The position numbers and the translations under genes were made by a program. From NCBI RefSeq assembly GCF_009834535.1, contig NC_045697.1:59584001-59648000 (forward strand): a stretch of DNA of 64,000 nt. The letters are read 5' to 3'. Within the stretch, counting starts at the first letter, position 1. Every line of letters starts with the position of its first letter. This document shows, in pieces, positions 42,071 to 55,634 of this stretch. The stretch is from Camelus ferus. Its lineage: Eukaryota. A model generated the notes under the pieces. The model was given only the letters and a program-made list of their open reading frames with translations, did no database searches and had not been told where the DNA came from.

Positions 42071-42840
42071 AGATAAGGAAATTGAGAGGATTGCAGACAA
42101 TTTCATGAATATAAATCCTTAGCAGAAGAATAGGAATTAGATTGCATCAGTGATTTAAAATAAAATTACATCCTTACCCAATTGGGCTTGTCCAGGAATA
42201 CAAAGGTTGTTTAAGATTAGGGGAAAACAAAAAACAAAAAACGATTACATTATACTGTACTAAATATAAAAAAAAGGTGGAAAAATGACTACATGAATAG
42301 GTGCAGAAAATAATCCTATGATAAAATTCTACACCCATTCATGAGAAAATAGCAAATTATGGCAAGGAGAGGACTTCCATAACCTTATAAACAATGTGAG
42401 CCCAAAATTTACAGGAAACATTATATTAAATGAGGAAGTATAAAAATCATTACCTGTAAAATCAAGAAATGGCCATTACCATTGACTTATATTCATAAAT
42501 TGGATATTTATCCAGCATTTTCCTGGAGGTCTTAGCCAACTCAGTAAGACGATAAAAATAACTGAAAAATATAAGAATAGGAAAATAAGAAAAAAGTTAA
42601 CATTGCCATAGTATATGATTGTCTATGTATACATAAAACTACTGAGTAACTTCATAATTAAAAGTTTAGTAATTTTGTTGAATACTAGTTAAATGCAAAA
42701 ATTGCATTTCCACACCAGAAGTAACTCATAAATATAAGAAAAAATAAGATATTCATTATGGAACAAATACCATAACTAAATAGGAATTAATTTTAAAATA
42801 ACACACATGAGCTCTACAGCAAAAACTGTACCTATGATAA
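42071..42840 (+). mobile_element. Continuation of the ancient L1 ORF2 (RT region)
   Basis: gtgcagaaaataatcctatgataaaattctacacccattcatg (AEKAFDKI-like); ctggaggtcttagcca. Confidence 0.65.
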
Positions 42841-45499
42841 GGATTATAGACAATTATCTATCTATATAGACAGCCATTACATACAAAAATAGAGCAACAA
42901 GAAAATACAAATGTTAAGGAAAATTACATTATTTAATATGAAAACATTCCACTTTCTATCTCTCTCTGTTATTTCATAACATGAATATTAAGCAATCTTG
43001 CTTAGTAAAATAAAATTTAAAAACCTAGTCAGTTGAAGAGATAAATTGGAGACTTTTTAAAATGAAAAACAAGAACTGTTTTGAATGAATATCTATCTAA
43101 AATATGATAAAATATTTTTTGAAAACTGCTTGTTAGAAATTTGTGAAGAATGAAATCTTGTACTACAAACATAACTGTAGGACATCATGGCAACTCAGTA
43201 GCAAACATGCTAAATTAAAGTAATACTGGTTCATTTTACTCTTGGGATTCAATTGCCATGAAAGTTTCTTGTGTGGTATGACAACTATAAGAAATAAAGA
43301 AGAAAAATCTGGAATTACATTTTCATGCTCCATTCAACTGAAGAAGTTAATCACCTATTCTGAATTTGGGTCCATATTTTGTATCCTCTACTTTTCATTT
43401 GTCTTGCTAATTGACCTACATAATACATTGTCACAGACCAAAAAAAAAAAAAAAAAAAAAGGCAGCAGCGTTTTGTGAACTGAAATGGAAGAGATTTACA
43501 CTGTTACTTGTTCAGAAGTGTGTACACAAAATGATTTAACTAAGGATTTGTGCATAGATGTGTAACAGACTGACTTCACTTTTAAGGTAACAACTCAAGT
43601 CATACAAACAAAAAAGAAGTGGATTTTTAGATTTATAATTATATTATGGAGAAAACTAATTAATGAAATTAAATAAGGTGGAATTTTTGAATTGATGTTT
43701 TTTAAATTTTGATTTCTCCTTTTCTTTTTTTTCTTTGTAACGATTTTTTTTTAACTGTATGACTGAAAGACAGCAGTATTATTAAAGCACAGATCTTAAT
43801 GAGTGTTAATGAAGCAGGAACAAGTATCTTCTGATAGATTCAGACATCTCTGTTGAGGATTTTTTTTGCAGGGGATTAGTGCCAGTTACGCTTTCTTCAC
43901 AATGATAATAAATTAAGATTATATATTACTTCTCTTTGATTTTCCCTGACATATTATGATAATTGTTATTATGCTAATTGGCAAATTGTATGTTTGTTCA
44001 CCAGTTTAATTTACTTTGATTTTTTAAAGTACGGGAACAAATTAGCATGGCATATGACACAAAATCACCATAGCAGCGTAATAAGCAAAGAAAAAAAGAA
44101 TATGCACATATTTAAGTTACTTGGAAGACAATTCTGTTTTATTTTTTGAGATTCAGGATGTCGATTTATCTACTCTTGGTGAAAATTTCCATTAAAATAG
44201 GCAATATAGTAGACCCTTCTGAAGTTTGAAATTATACTGACCATTATGGTGACAAAGGTAAATTATTTTCTATTCTGTGGAGGGTTTCCTGCATATTTAA
44301 AATTGAAAATGTATGCCACAAGAGGTTTGTCTGTGCTAACATTCTAGAAACTCCAAACCTTCTTGAATGCAGAATGTGTCTGCAGATTATTTATTCAAGG
44401 TAGATTAATCAAACACTATGTTAGTGTTTTATGTACAAGAGTAAAAACCATCAAAAATCCTGTAGAATTTTGTTTTTTTATTAAAACTAAGTTTTAAGAA
44501 GAATGAAATCAGATTCTTAACTTTTTCATATGCAGAGATAACTGGCATGTAGTAGACATGCAATTAATGAAAAAAAAAAGAATAAATACCTAAATAGATG
44601 AATGGCAACCTAATAACTGTAATGGTTCTTGCTGTTTTTATTAATTTGCTGTTGCATTAGCAGAGCTAAGTTTCACAATGTATGTAGAGTGACAATCTTA
44701 GATTTGCTTTGGGGTAGAATGTGCTGAAAGGGAAATATAATCTCTGGGTGATCAGTCACACATTATATTGGAATGGCATAAAATGATGCACAGAAATAAA
44801 ACAAGAGTATTGGCAACCCATTCGGCACATCAGGTGCCAATTCTTTTCCCTTCAGGAAGTCTCTCTTTAGCGAATGTGCAGTCCAGTTCGTATTGGAGTT
44901 TGATCTGTGACTGATGAAGGCAGCTCATATCCTGATGCCAACACAATCACTTAGAAAGGAAGGAGATCTGTTGTCATATAGACCCATAACAAAACCTGAT
45001 GTTTACACAAAGACCCTTGGCACAGTCCAACAATCCTTGAAGCCAAGCAACCTCTGCAATAAGAGGTGGCTTAAGAGAGGAAGAGAGATTGGGATGCTTT
45101 GTATTCTTTTGTTTGGTTTGATCAAGCTGGTGTCTAAAAGGTAATTGATACCCTCAGAGGCACAGATGGCCTCCAAGCTCAGATTGAATTTAGGTTTTTG
45201 TAGCTGACTGTCAATTTTCCTGAGAATTTATTCATTAAAAAAAGTTTTTTTTTCCTTTCACATAGTAAGATATTTCAGACCTGGCCTCCTAAACCCTCAT
45301 GTTTGGATCTCCTCCAGAAAAGAGAAGACCCATACATGACTTATGACTTACATAAAGCCTGAATTGTCTTTTTTTGTGAAGGGGTTAATGAGTGTTAACA
45401 GAGAGTCATCTAAATCCTTTTGCTGGGAAAATTAAATATTTTAGAGTTAGGCCATTTCAAAAGGAATTTCCATAGGTTTCTCAACATAGTTTTATTAAG

Positions 45500-46596
45500 C
45501 CATATACTGAATTGAGGTATGTCCCCGCAAACTTCAAGTCCACTTGGAACCTGTGAATATGACCTTATCTGGAAGTAGGGTCCTGACAAATGTAATCAAG
45601 TTAAGATTAGAATAGGCCCTAAATCTAGTATGAATTGTGTCCTTATAAGAGGAGGGAAATTTGGATACAGAATCACCAACACCCAAGAAGGAAGGCCGTG
45701 TAAAATGGAGACAGACTGGAAAACCAAAGATTGCTGATAATTAACAGAAGCTGGGAGAAACAAAAGAAGGATCACCACCCACTCCACCCCTAGCCTTCAG
45801 AGAGAACATAGCCTTGCTGACTACTTGATTTGAACTTCCAGGTTCCAAAACTGTGAGACAAAGATTTTTGATTTTTTTTAAGCCTCCAAGTTTGACTGAG
45901 GAAACAAATTCAGATTTTGGTACTGGGAAGCTGGGTGCTACTGTACCAAGTACCCAAATGTGGAGGCCTCAGATGGAAATGAAAATTATGCTATTGGAAA
46001 CCAAAGGAAAGGCCATCCTTGTTGGAAAATGGCATAAAACTTGGCTGGATTGTTTTCTGCTGTTGAATGGAAGACAAAACTTGTAAGCAATTAACTTGGA
46101 TATTTAGCTGAGGAGATTTCTAAGCCAGGTTTAGAAGGTACAGCCTGATTTCTCCTCTCTGCTTATAGTATATTCTGAAAAGAAGGAGATAAACTGAATA
46201 ATGAACTGTTCAGTGAAAAGGAACCAGCACTTGATGATTTGGAAAATTCTCAGCCCATCTAGATAGGTAACAGGGCCAAGTGTGTAGTTGAAAAACTATT
46301 TACTAAGGTAGCAGTTAAACATGTAATTACGCATGTGATTTATGGATCCAGCAACCAACTCAGCAGAAGCCAGGAATAAAGATGGAATTATCCAGAAAGG
46401 ATCTATGGAGAATCTCAGTGTCTAATGGCATGGATCGCCTCAAAATTCACAGAAGACAAATAGGATTTTGAGAATTTTATACCAGCAGAAACACTGCCAG
46501 CCTGGACTGAAAGGGACAGAGATCGGATTGAAGTCTGTTGTTTTAAGTCACTAGTTATGTTTCAATGTATTACATCAGTCCTAGGAAACTAATATA
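45500..46596 (+). mobile_element. MaLR (MLT1C-like) provirus remnant: 5' LTR, internal piece, end of 3' LTR
   Basis: LTR ~45500-45912. Internal start gattttggtactgggaag at 45913. Second LTR end tctgttgttttaagtcac...ctaggaaactaatata at ~46533-46596. Confidence 0.8.
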
Positions 46597-47184
46597 ACCT
46601 CTAAAAGAAGCAAAACTCCATTGGAAGTTTCATGACTAAGGAAGGAATATGATCTTCTAGAGTGGAGGGGAGATGCCTGAGATTAGCTATGTGTGAATTA
46701 CTGTCTTGAAATAAATATCTCTAATGTCTTACATATTAAGAGTTCAAGTAGAAAAGATATGTATCTGTCTATACCCATATCCATTGCCATTGTCACACTC
46801 ATAATTATATATCTATATTTATAATTATATCTACATTTATATCCCTCCATAAAAGAATAAACACTTAACAACATAGGGAAACAGGAACAATGAAATCAAG
46901 AGAACAAGATATACTGCAAAAGGTATAAAACAAACAAATGCAGAAAGAGCACAAGGACATTCCATAGGTAGATCACAGGTAGACACCGTGATCGATAAAT
47001 GCCCGTGGGTGCCATTCAGACAAATGAAATGAATGAAATACATGAGATACTTATTTATATAAACACATAGGGGTATTTCATTTATACAAAGAAATGTGTT
47101 CTCTCAGGATTTTCTTGGAACTATTATTCAAAATGCTTTCTGAGTCGATTGAAATTCATCTTTCCACTTTTGACTGAGACACTG

Positions 47185-47364
47185 GTATGGTCACATGTTC
47201 TGTGTGGTATTTATATAACTCTACAGTTACAGAGTAAAAGCAGCCATAGATGATACATAAAGGAATGAGCATGGCTGTATTTGTTTTTTTTTTTTTTTTC
47301 TTTTTTACAGAAAAAAAGTGGCAGGCTAGGTTTTGTCCCATAAACCCTAGTTTGCTGATCTCTG
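47185..47364 (+). mobile_element. MER58A-like hAT MITE (partial)
   Basis: aaagcagccatagatgatacataaaggaatgagcatggctgt...tagtttgctgatctctg; central T-run expanded. Confidence 0.75.
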
Positions 47365-48294
47365 CTCTACATGACAACAAAATTAATACTACTTTTGTTC
47401 TCTACCAGAGGGATGTGTAAATGCCTATGCAATATGGTACCTACCATTAAATTAGAAGTCTAGGCTGCACGTATGAAAGTAGCCATCATTTACTAGGTAG
47501 GATTTAGACATTCCCACCCTGGTCCTTGTTACACACTGCTGCCCTGATGTGCAGTTCTGAACATGCTGGTTTCCTACAAAAACATCTTCATATGATTTCC
47601 TGCTAATAATAGAAGTTTGCAGCCTCCCAGCTTCCAGACTTCCTTAAAATTACCTCCCCCTCTGCTCCTTAACACATCTTGTTAAATATAAATACTGCCT
47701 CCTTCTCTGTGGTTATTCTTTTCCTTCCACTTTGATATGTCCATATTCACACAGCTAGCGGAAATGGTACTTTTCCTCTTTTTCTAATGAAATTGTTCCT
47801 CATCTTCCAAGTCGATGTCTCTCCTGTTAGAACTCCCACAGCATTTGTTTTATTTATACTTTTTTTCTGGCATTTCATTATTACATTCTGCTCTTATTCT
47901 TCGTGTAATACATTATCTCTTTTATTATAATAAGATTTTTGAAGATAGGCTGGTATCTGATTCATCCTCATTTGTTCCCAAAGTATGTCATGAGGTGCCA
48001 AATAAATACTTTTTCCTTGAATTAATGTATGAGGGAAAACTGTGACATAGCTTTATTTGGAAGATTAGATTCTGTATTATTTTACTTATAGACATATTCT
48101 AAATCACCCTATTTTGCACAGAACTTGTATCATTCTTCCTGAGGCTTTTTTCTTGCTGTAGCTATTTTATCCACTATATATGTATATACATATACATACA
48201 CACATATTCTTTATATTCTTATGATATATTTGATTAAATATGGGACTCCTTAAAGAAGAAAGGCTCTGTTTAGAATATAATAAGGGCATATTCA

Positions 48295-48470
48295 AGAACA
48301 GGAAAACTCAAGTCAACAACCTTGGTTTTCATCTTGACTCCATTTACCTGCTGACTGATCATGGGAAAATTCCTTAAATTCTTAATTTCAGACTTTTAAA
48401 CTGTAAAATGGATAATAAAAATATCTACCTCATAAGGGTTCTGTTAGAACTAAGTGCTTAGCACAGATAA
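48295..48470 (+). mobile_element. MIR SINE
   Basis: ctgtaaaatggataataaaaatatctacctcataagggtt...aagtgcttagcacag. Confidence 0.75.
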
Positions 48471-48599
48471 GTCATATCATTGGTATTTCAATTAATTTGG
48501 GTTTTGGGATGATTAATTAATAGTGAGCGGCAACCACATACACATATATAGAGAAAGAGAATGCAATATATAATTCTAGGTTTGTATACTCATTCATTA

Positions 48600-48806
48600 A
48601 CGTCACTGTAATAATTTTCACTTTTCAAATAACTTAAGCTAGATTTTCATTTCTATTGGTTTCTGTGCTCCATGGCAACAGCTGTTAACCTCTTCCAGCA
48701 GTGCCACTGCAGCAGATACTACATATGGTTCCTACGTGGTGTCAGTGACAGCGCTTCTAAGCACATTAACATGTACAGAGGCTATAGTGAGCCAAGCAAC
48801 GTAAGT
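48600..48806 (+). promoter_or_regulatory. Candidate promoter / first exon with X-box, CCAAT, half-CRE and 5' splice site
   Basis: ACGTCA 48600-48605, ATTGG 48655-48659, CCATGGCAAC 48670-48679, CAGCTG 48679-48684, AAC|GTAAGT with GT at 48801. Non-repeat DNA with several retained CpGs. Confidence 0.3.
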
Positions 48807-50669
48807 ATAGCACAAGTTGTAATAAGTCAGCATTACTGTTTGTACCAAGTAAAGCAATTTACAGCAGAATGCAAGAAGTATTTAAGGATAGAAAAATGAT
48901 CAGAATCTATTCTCAACAGAGAAACACTATAAATTTTCATAGTATTTTTGTCTTTTCCTCTTAAAATAAACCAATGTGAGATACTTCTTTGGCTTCATAG
49001 TTTCACAAATTGAAGGAAAATGCTTAAATTCATATTTAACAGATTAGAGTTATCTTATTTCACTTCATAAATATAAATCATTAATAAATAAATCATAGGC
49101 CACAGTAAGAAAACCAGAGTCCATGCTTAAAGTCTGGAAAATTATTCCATTTTCATGCTATACTTAGGCATTTAATAATTCTTTTCTCCAGTGAATAACA
49201 CAAACTTTCTATTCCAAATGTGAATCCCTTGAGGATTAGGATTTTGATAGCTGAGTTATTTTCTGGTTTATGAAGCCACTGCCTCTGTGGGAACTCAGAA
49301 GCTATAATAACATAAAAAGTCCATAGCTTGGCACAACCCACTACACTATATTCTCAAAACCTGGGACACTCATTAATGTAACATTTAAATATTTTAGTAC
49401 TAGTTTATTATGTGCCAGTTTAATTGTGAATCAGATTCTCTACCATATCAAAGTATAAGAAGCTTCTCTAAACATGGTGTAAAGAAATGAACATTTTGTC
49501 CATTATTTTTACCAAGCAGCAGAATTTAAATACACAAGTTTTGAAAAGTGTTACTCTTGAGCCAGCCAGACAACAGATGCTGCTGTTATAATGCTTCAGG
49601 GTCTTCGGTGAAGGAATATCTAGTTAAACGCAGAGGGCAAGACAGTGAATAGCACCGGGGAACAATGTAGGTCAGGCACCCTGAAGCTAGGTAGTAGGCC
49701 AAAACTGAAGGACTGGTGGCCTTTCTAGTCCACGGCCTAAATGAACACCTCAAAGGATTCCAGGAATCTATCATCATGGACTGAGGTCAAACATAAATGC
49801 AGTAACCTGCTTGAAGCCTGCAGTCTTATGAGTCAAGAGACCTCATGTCAAAAATAAATGTCTCGTGATATAAATATTATTTATTTTTTCCAGTAGATTC
49901 AAAATCTACCTGTTTACCTCTGTCATTATTGGCTATTTGCTTCAATGATTCTCAATTGTCTTTATCAACCTGAAGGTCTGCATGGAGTTAAGGCATTTGG
50001 TCTTGCAGAATTCTCACTCATCACTTTCAGCTGGATTTTGTATTATAGTGATCCTGATAAATCTTAGAAACTGAAATTAAAAAAACTATAAAATAACATG
50101 TGTGTATAAACATAGAAAGTTACAGAAGGAATCCCTAAGACATCACTTAGTAAAAGTATTTGCAATTAAATAATGTTAAGGAATCTAAAGCAGTTTATCA
50201 ATCGTTTCAAAGCATTTGCTATCAAAAATATATAGAATAAGCTTACTTAAGGAATCATGTGATATGATGACAATACTCATTAAACTCTAGGTGTGAATCT
50301 TAATGAATTGGAAACAGTGGAGGACATATGCATTTGTCATATAGTTCTGTTTGCTGTAAGTACTATTTTGGCATTAAGTCACACTCATGGGAGGTAATGA
50401 GAGTGAGAGAGAGAGAAAGAGAAAGCAAGCAAGCGAGCTCTGCCAGAGAGAGAAGAGAGAGAACCAACCATGCAGGTGAAGAAAAAAATATCCTAACACA
50501 AACCAAGAGAATTATGACTCTGTTACAATAGTCACAATGATAGTAAAAGAAGTGCTAAGAGGTCAGGTATTACAGATTACAAAGCCACACTCTCCATGGG
50601 TTTGAGTTTCTTTGTTAAGGACATTCAGAGTTTTATATCAGTACATAAGAGTTTTATATCAGGGCTTAA

Positions 50670-50900
50670 GTTAGAAAGTTTTGGAGTTTGACAAACTTTG
50701 CTTAAATCTTACTTCTTTCACATACAACTTTGTTTGCTTAGCCAAATTTATTAAACAATTTGAGATTTGGCTTGTTCAGCTGTAAAACCAGAATACTTTT
50801 ATCTACTTCAAATAATTATTACAAAAATTAAATGAAAAAATATTGGCTGCTCTGAGGACTTTAATATAGTGCTTGGTGTACAATAAATGTTTAATGTTGG
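50670..50900 (+). mobile_element. MIR SINE (diverged)
   Basis: ttttggagtttgacaaac...ctgtaaaa...tatctacttca...aattaaatga...atagtgcttggtgtac. Confidence 0.55.
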
Positions 50901-51479
50901 TGCTCTTTTTTTCTTTTTCTCTTAATAACAGAACCATACACACGATTCAAGACTCACTTTCACAAGTCCATAGCTGGGACTCTCTTTGTTTTGATTTGGA
51001 TAATAATCCTACTATGAAGGTGGCAGACCTGTGAATTATCCTTTTGGAATGCTTCTTCTAATGATTTACTTATTATCTCTAGTCATCAGCTGAAACCCCA
51101 GTCTCTTTGATGTGAACAGCAGCAGTAAGCCAGTGCTCTCACCATGGAATATTGCTACTTAAATACTTAGCTTATTATTTATAATCTCATATTTGGGTTA
51201 ATATTATCCTGATAATGTATAGAAATCTTCTGAATTTTTGTCTTTTTCTCGATTTGTTATGATGCTTAAAAGTGATACATGGGCCATGTATATCATTGTG
51301 GAAAATACATAAAAATATGTCCTAATTTTTTGCAGTGGAAGAAACTTGAGCCACAGTGATCTGGATGTTCCTCCCAGCTGACCTGAGTGTATTGTGTTCT
51401 TATTATTTGAAATTTCAATCTTCATCTAGCTCATGGATTTATTTTGTGTGTATGATTACCATGAAACTTGGTTAATGTC

Positions 51480-52000
51480 CTGCTGAAATTCTGAAATACT
51501 CTATGTATGGGGTCCACTTGATCTGGCATTCTAATGTATGAATCAATAAATGAATTGATATCAGACTAGCATTCTGATATCCAGCCATTACTACTTCCCT
51601 TTTGAAATATTTACAGGCTCTTCTTTAAATAATCCATTTGAAGATTTGGCCTAGTTCCAGGTTCACTAGGTTATAAATTTTTCCATTATTTTTGCCCTTT
51701 CAAAAATTGAAATATCATTTCCCCCATACTTTTCTTTCACAATTTCCAGCTAGCCATGATTACTCAGAAATTACTACCATTGCCTTTACAATCTCACTAC
51801 AGCTCTTTGCAGTGACCTGGTAGAATTGTTTCTGTGGTTGGAGATTGAATTCCCTGAAGAACATATAAGTTTTCTTTTACTATCTCCTCAATCATCTTTA
51901 GCTTCTGTTCAGATTATACATCTATCTTACTTTTTCTAGGTTGAAGATTCTGCTCTCTGGCAGAGGCAATGGAAGTAAAATTCAGATCTCCTAACTCCCT
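51480..52000 (-). mobile_element. CR1/L3-like fragment
   Basis: ccctttcaaaaattgaaatatcatttcccc and ggttggagattgaattc resemble reversed L3 ORF2. Very diverged. Confidence 0.35.
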
Positions 52001-53238
52001 CTGTCTGCTAAATGTAGTCCAAGCTGTGAAAATATCCTTTCTTTGTTCTTCTCAGGCTAATGTATCTAGCAGCACCTCATCCCCCTCCCTTTCCTACCTT
52101 ATTTTTATAAGACAAGACATTCTGGGTAGGTATACTTGGCCCTGGGTATACATCAGACCTCCTTTCACAACAGAATCAATCCTTACGTATAACCAAAGGT
52201 GTCTGGCATCTAATTTTAATGCTAATGTATACGGAAATGCTTGCTCTCTGATAACTATTGGAGATGTTGGCTATGTCAAAGAAAATCTTATTTGGATTTT
52301 CTTAAGTATGTTTTGAATGGATAACTTTGAAAGGACTTGTGCATTTTAACTCTGGTATTTAGAGTTTCCTCAGCAAAACTGTATGACAGAATGTCCAAAA
52401 ATATTCTAAGAATTCTGAAAGTAAAAATGAATGACCTCTGTCTTAAGTAGTCTTTCCAGGAAAACAGACTGTGAAATGGAGACTTGCATGCCTGTAGTTT
52501 ACTAGGGGATGTTCTCAGATCAACTCCCACTAAAAAGGGAAGAGACTGGGATGAGGGGAGGTTGTAATGCTCTACAGGAAGCTCTGAATCTGAGATGTCC
52601 TTGTTTTAGGCAAAGTGATCTAGATTTCATACCCCTGTATTGACTGGACACAAATGACAACTGCCCATGGGAAGAGGAGAGAGCCTCGAGTGAGGCAGTT
52701 TCCTTTGGTGGAAGGCAGTTTTGGGAAAGTGAATGCCTTAGCCCTAAGGATTATCTGGGAGGAATGCCATAGCATCTACTGTAATTCATCCTTTGCACCA
52801 CTAAGAACCATTTGCTTCATGTAATCAACTGATCCCATTTTTGAAGGGATTCTCCGGAATTCTGATTTTTCCCTATTCCTGGGGAAACTAACAGGAGAAA
52901 GGTTAATAGGACAAACTATAAACCACCCACTGTATTTAGTCTTAGGACTGCAACTGATCTCATCTTTTCTCTACTGCTCATTCTTTGTTTAGAAACTCTG
53001 ATGGTTTTAGGTGACTTACCTAGTGGGGTGATCCAGACCCTCATCCCTAAAAGTTCTCCACCCTCACTCATCACGCCTTTTTCAGGCTGTATCCACTATA
53101 TTTGTCAATTTATGATAAAATCTGGGCAGGGGAATACCCACAGAAGACACCATGGATCATCTCCATGGCAAACATATTCTTTCTTGGCCCCATGGTATAA
53201 TAGGAATATATCTTCTCCTGACAATTCTGGTCACAAGG

Positions 53239-53295
53239 AATCAATTTCACCTCAGACCCTGTATCCAGTTGTCCTTGAAATGTCAGGGTATTATT
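53239..53295 (-). pseudogene. ERVL aspartic protease active-site remnant
   Basis: Minus-strand NNTLTFQGQLDTGSEVKLI; LDTGS at 53254-53268. Confidence 0.8.
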
Positions 53296-54049
53296 CTCTG
53301 CTCAAGTTCCTTTTAATCTATTCACACTTTATATGGATAAATGATCATAGGTCCCATTGGGGAAGGCATGCAAGGTTATAACCTTGTATGTTTGCTGTAG
53401 CCTTGCAGGTCCTTGTTCTTGGGGAATCTGGTCTCTCAGTCAATGGGTTCCAAGCCTGATTGGCTAAGGTCTTCCAACTTTTTTGAGGATTTGCTGTTCT
53501 AAGCTCCTGGTATTCAACCTTGATTTCTTACAGAATGAGTAACATCTTTGCTGCCTTTCTATTTTGTGCCTAGGGTTGTTCTGTACTAGTAATCATTTCC
53601 ATTGCTCTGTGTCTAAGACTACCCTGGCTACCATCTGACACGGCCACTCAGCCAATATTTATGCTCAACAATTTGCCTTTACTTGGGTCCTACTGTTAGG
53701 GGACTCAATTCCGTAATAGCATCATCTACTCTCATCCCTGGCCTACAGAGGACAGCCCCTGTTGTGATTACCAATAAAGCTGGTGTGCTCTCCCTAGAGC
53801 ATTCCTTATTGCTGTAGTAAATGGAGTGTCCTCTGGATTCTCTTACTGATGTTAGTCAGTTTGTGGATTTTCTGACATTATGCTATGTATCTACTCTAGT
53901 ACATTAGCTTCTGTAAGCCAACGATCTCTTCTTTTACTCTCCGTCAAGGCAGTTCTGGCATTTCTGCTTTACACAGGGTAGGTCATCAATCACTGCTGCT
54001 TTCAAGAGCCACCCTAGATTTGCATTAGCACAGTTTCCTGGGACCCTAT

Positions 54050-54169
54050 CAGGGCATTAAATCCCATATTGTGGGAGAGTCCTCCCATATTGATAAGGTA
54101 TCACTTATCCAGTTTTATATACCACTTTCCTTGATCCAGCACACTTAGGGTCAGTTCTCAAGCATATTC
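54050..54169 (-). pseudogene. ERVL gag remnant
   Basis: EYA*ELTLSVLDQGKWYIKLDK*YLINMGGLSHNMGFNAL resembles the recalled ERVL gag block WEWILRVWDNGGRNIKLDQAEFIDMG. Two in-frame stops. Confidence 0.75.
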
Positions 54170-55634
54170 CCTCTACTCTGCTGGTACCTGTTAAAGAGTT
54201 TCTTTTAGGTTATAATCACTTTTCTTTCTTAACATATCTGACATTTTCCTGACCAAATTATATTGCCACTTAATTCTAGTGGTGACTTATTGGTCAAATG
54301 GCCAGGATAAAAGATGAGGCTAGAGCCTGAGGGGAGTGGCATATTGTCTGTTAAGGCAGTGGCCTCTGAATCAACTTAATGGAAGGAGGGAATGCTAGTT
54401 TAAGCGAGAGAAGTGGGTCACGTCTGTAAGCCTAGAGGGTTCAGAAGAACCCGGACTTTCAAAAACTTTGAGTGCAGTAATCCTGAGGCTCCTATCCCAA
54501 AACTGATGGTCTCCCTACTTCCTAGTCAGACTCATTTGATTAGCTTTACTACCCTTCTAAGAAAATCTGGGGCAAGATCTTCCATTTTCTCTGTTCTCTG
54601 GTTGCAGGATTGTAGTCCCTTTAATAAGCTCCCAAGGGGACCATGTCACCCTCATATTTTACCTTGTGTTGGTGAGTGATCACCTTTTATTGTCCTCCAA
54701 AGTATACATATATATATAGTATATATCCCTCCAATATAATCACCAATTTCCACAGTTATTATGAGTAACTTTTTCCCCCAAGTCTCACAAACACCTTAGA
54801 TATTCTATCCGCCAGTGCATTCCTTTATAGGTGTAGCATACCAATTCGTCCCCCGTGAGAGCGTCCACAGTTTCAACACACCTGCAAGCCAAAGGCCGTC
54901 AGTGCTCCTCTGACCAGTGAGCTGGTCTTCATTGCTAGCTGACTGACTGGAAATCCAGGTTCCAAAAGCCAGTTTAGAATCTGCTTCCTAAGGTAACTCC
55001 TGGCACCAATGTAGGTCAGATTCCCTAGAAATCAGAAACAAGAAGTAGCTGGATTATTGCAGTGTACTCCCAGAAACAACACTTGTGAGAGATTGAGAGA
55101 GGCGAGATTGAAATGAGAGAATTTGAACTTTGATACAAAGGAAACAAGCTTCAGCGAATTCCCCTGGGAGCACTGAAGTTGGTATCTTTTTTTTTTTTTT
55201 TTTACAATGATGTTCTGCATTCAATAGTCAGAGGCAAGTTGCCCTCAAGATAAGGCATATCCTTGGAGGAGGCAGCTCTGCTGGCCAGGGAAATTCATAG
55301 CTGTGAGCTGTTAGCCTGCAGCTCTCCCAGAAGCTGAGGGAATCAATGTCTCAATCTGAAGGGGTCGTCTGGGCAGTGCAGTACAGCATCTGCTGTCTGA
55401 TCTCTTGCAGCTTTACAATACAGCAGAATAAAACTTATTTCCATGGGGGAAAAATATAACATAATAAGGCAATATAGTGAAATGTTGTAGTACTTCCAGT
55501 CCATATGGTAGTAGTATACTGAATAAAACATTTATAATTCTCAAATAATATACCTACAAAAATTTTAATTTGTTGATTAAAGATTTCCTCTTTTCCATTC
55601 ATCTGGTTTTTAAAGAATATTGAAGTAATATCAA

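Larger units (their letters stand above)
52439..55397 (-). mobile_element. ERVL (LTR16/ERV3-16A3-like) provirus remnant with two LTRs
   Basis: Related LTRs at ~52439-52783 and ~55010-55397 (ends tagcatctactgta / cagcatctgctgtc). PBS TGGTGCCAGGAGT on the minus strand at ~54996-55008. gag and protease traces; most of pol missing. Confidence 0.85.

Noticed and set aside
41719..42108. 129-aa ORF
   Set aside because: It lies within an antisense MLT1 LTR and is a chance frame.
44157..44257. Plus-strand AG...GTAAAT exon-like segment
   Set aside because: Stops occur in all three frames, and there is no other support.
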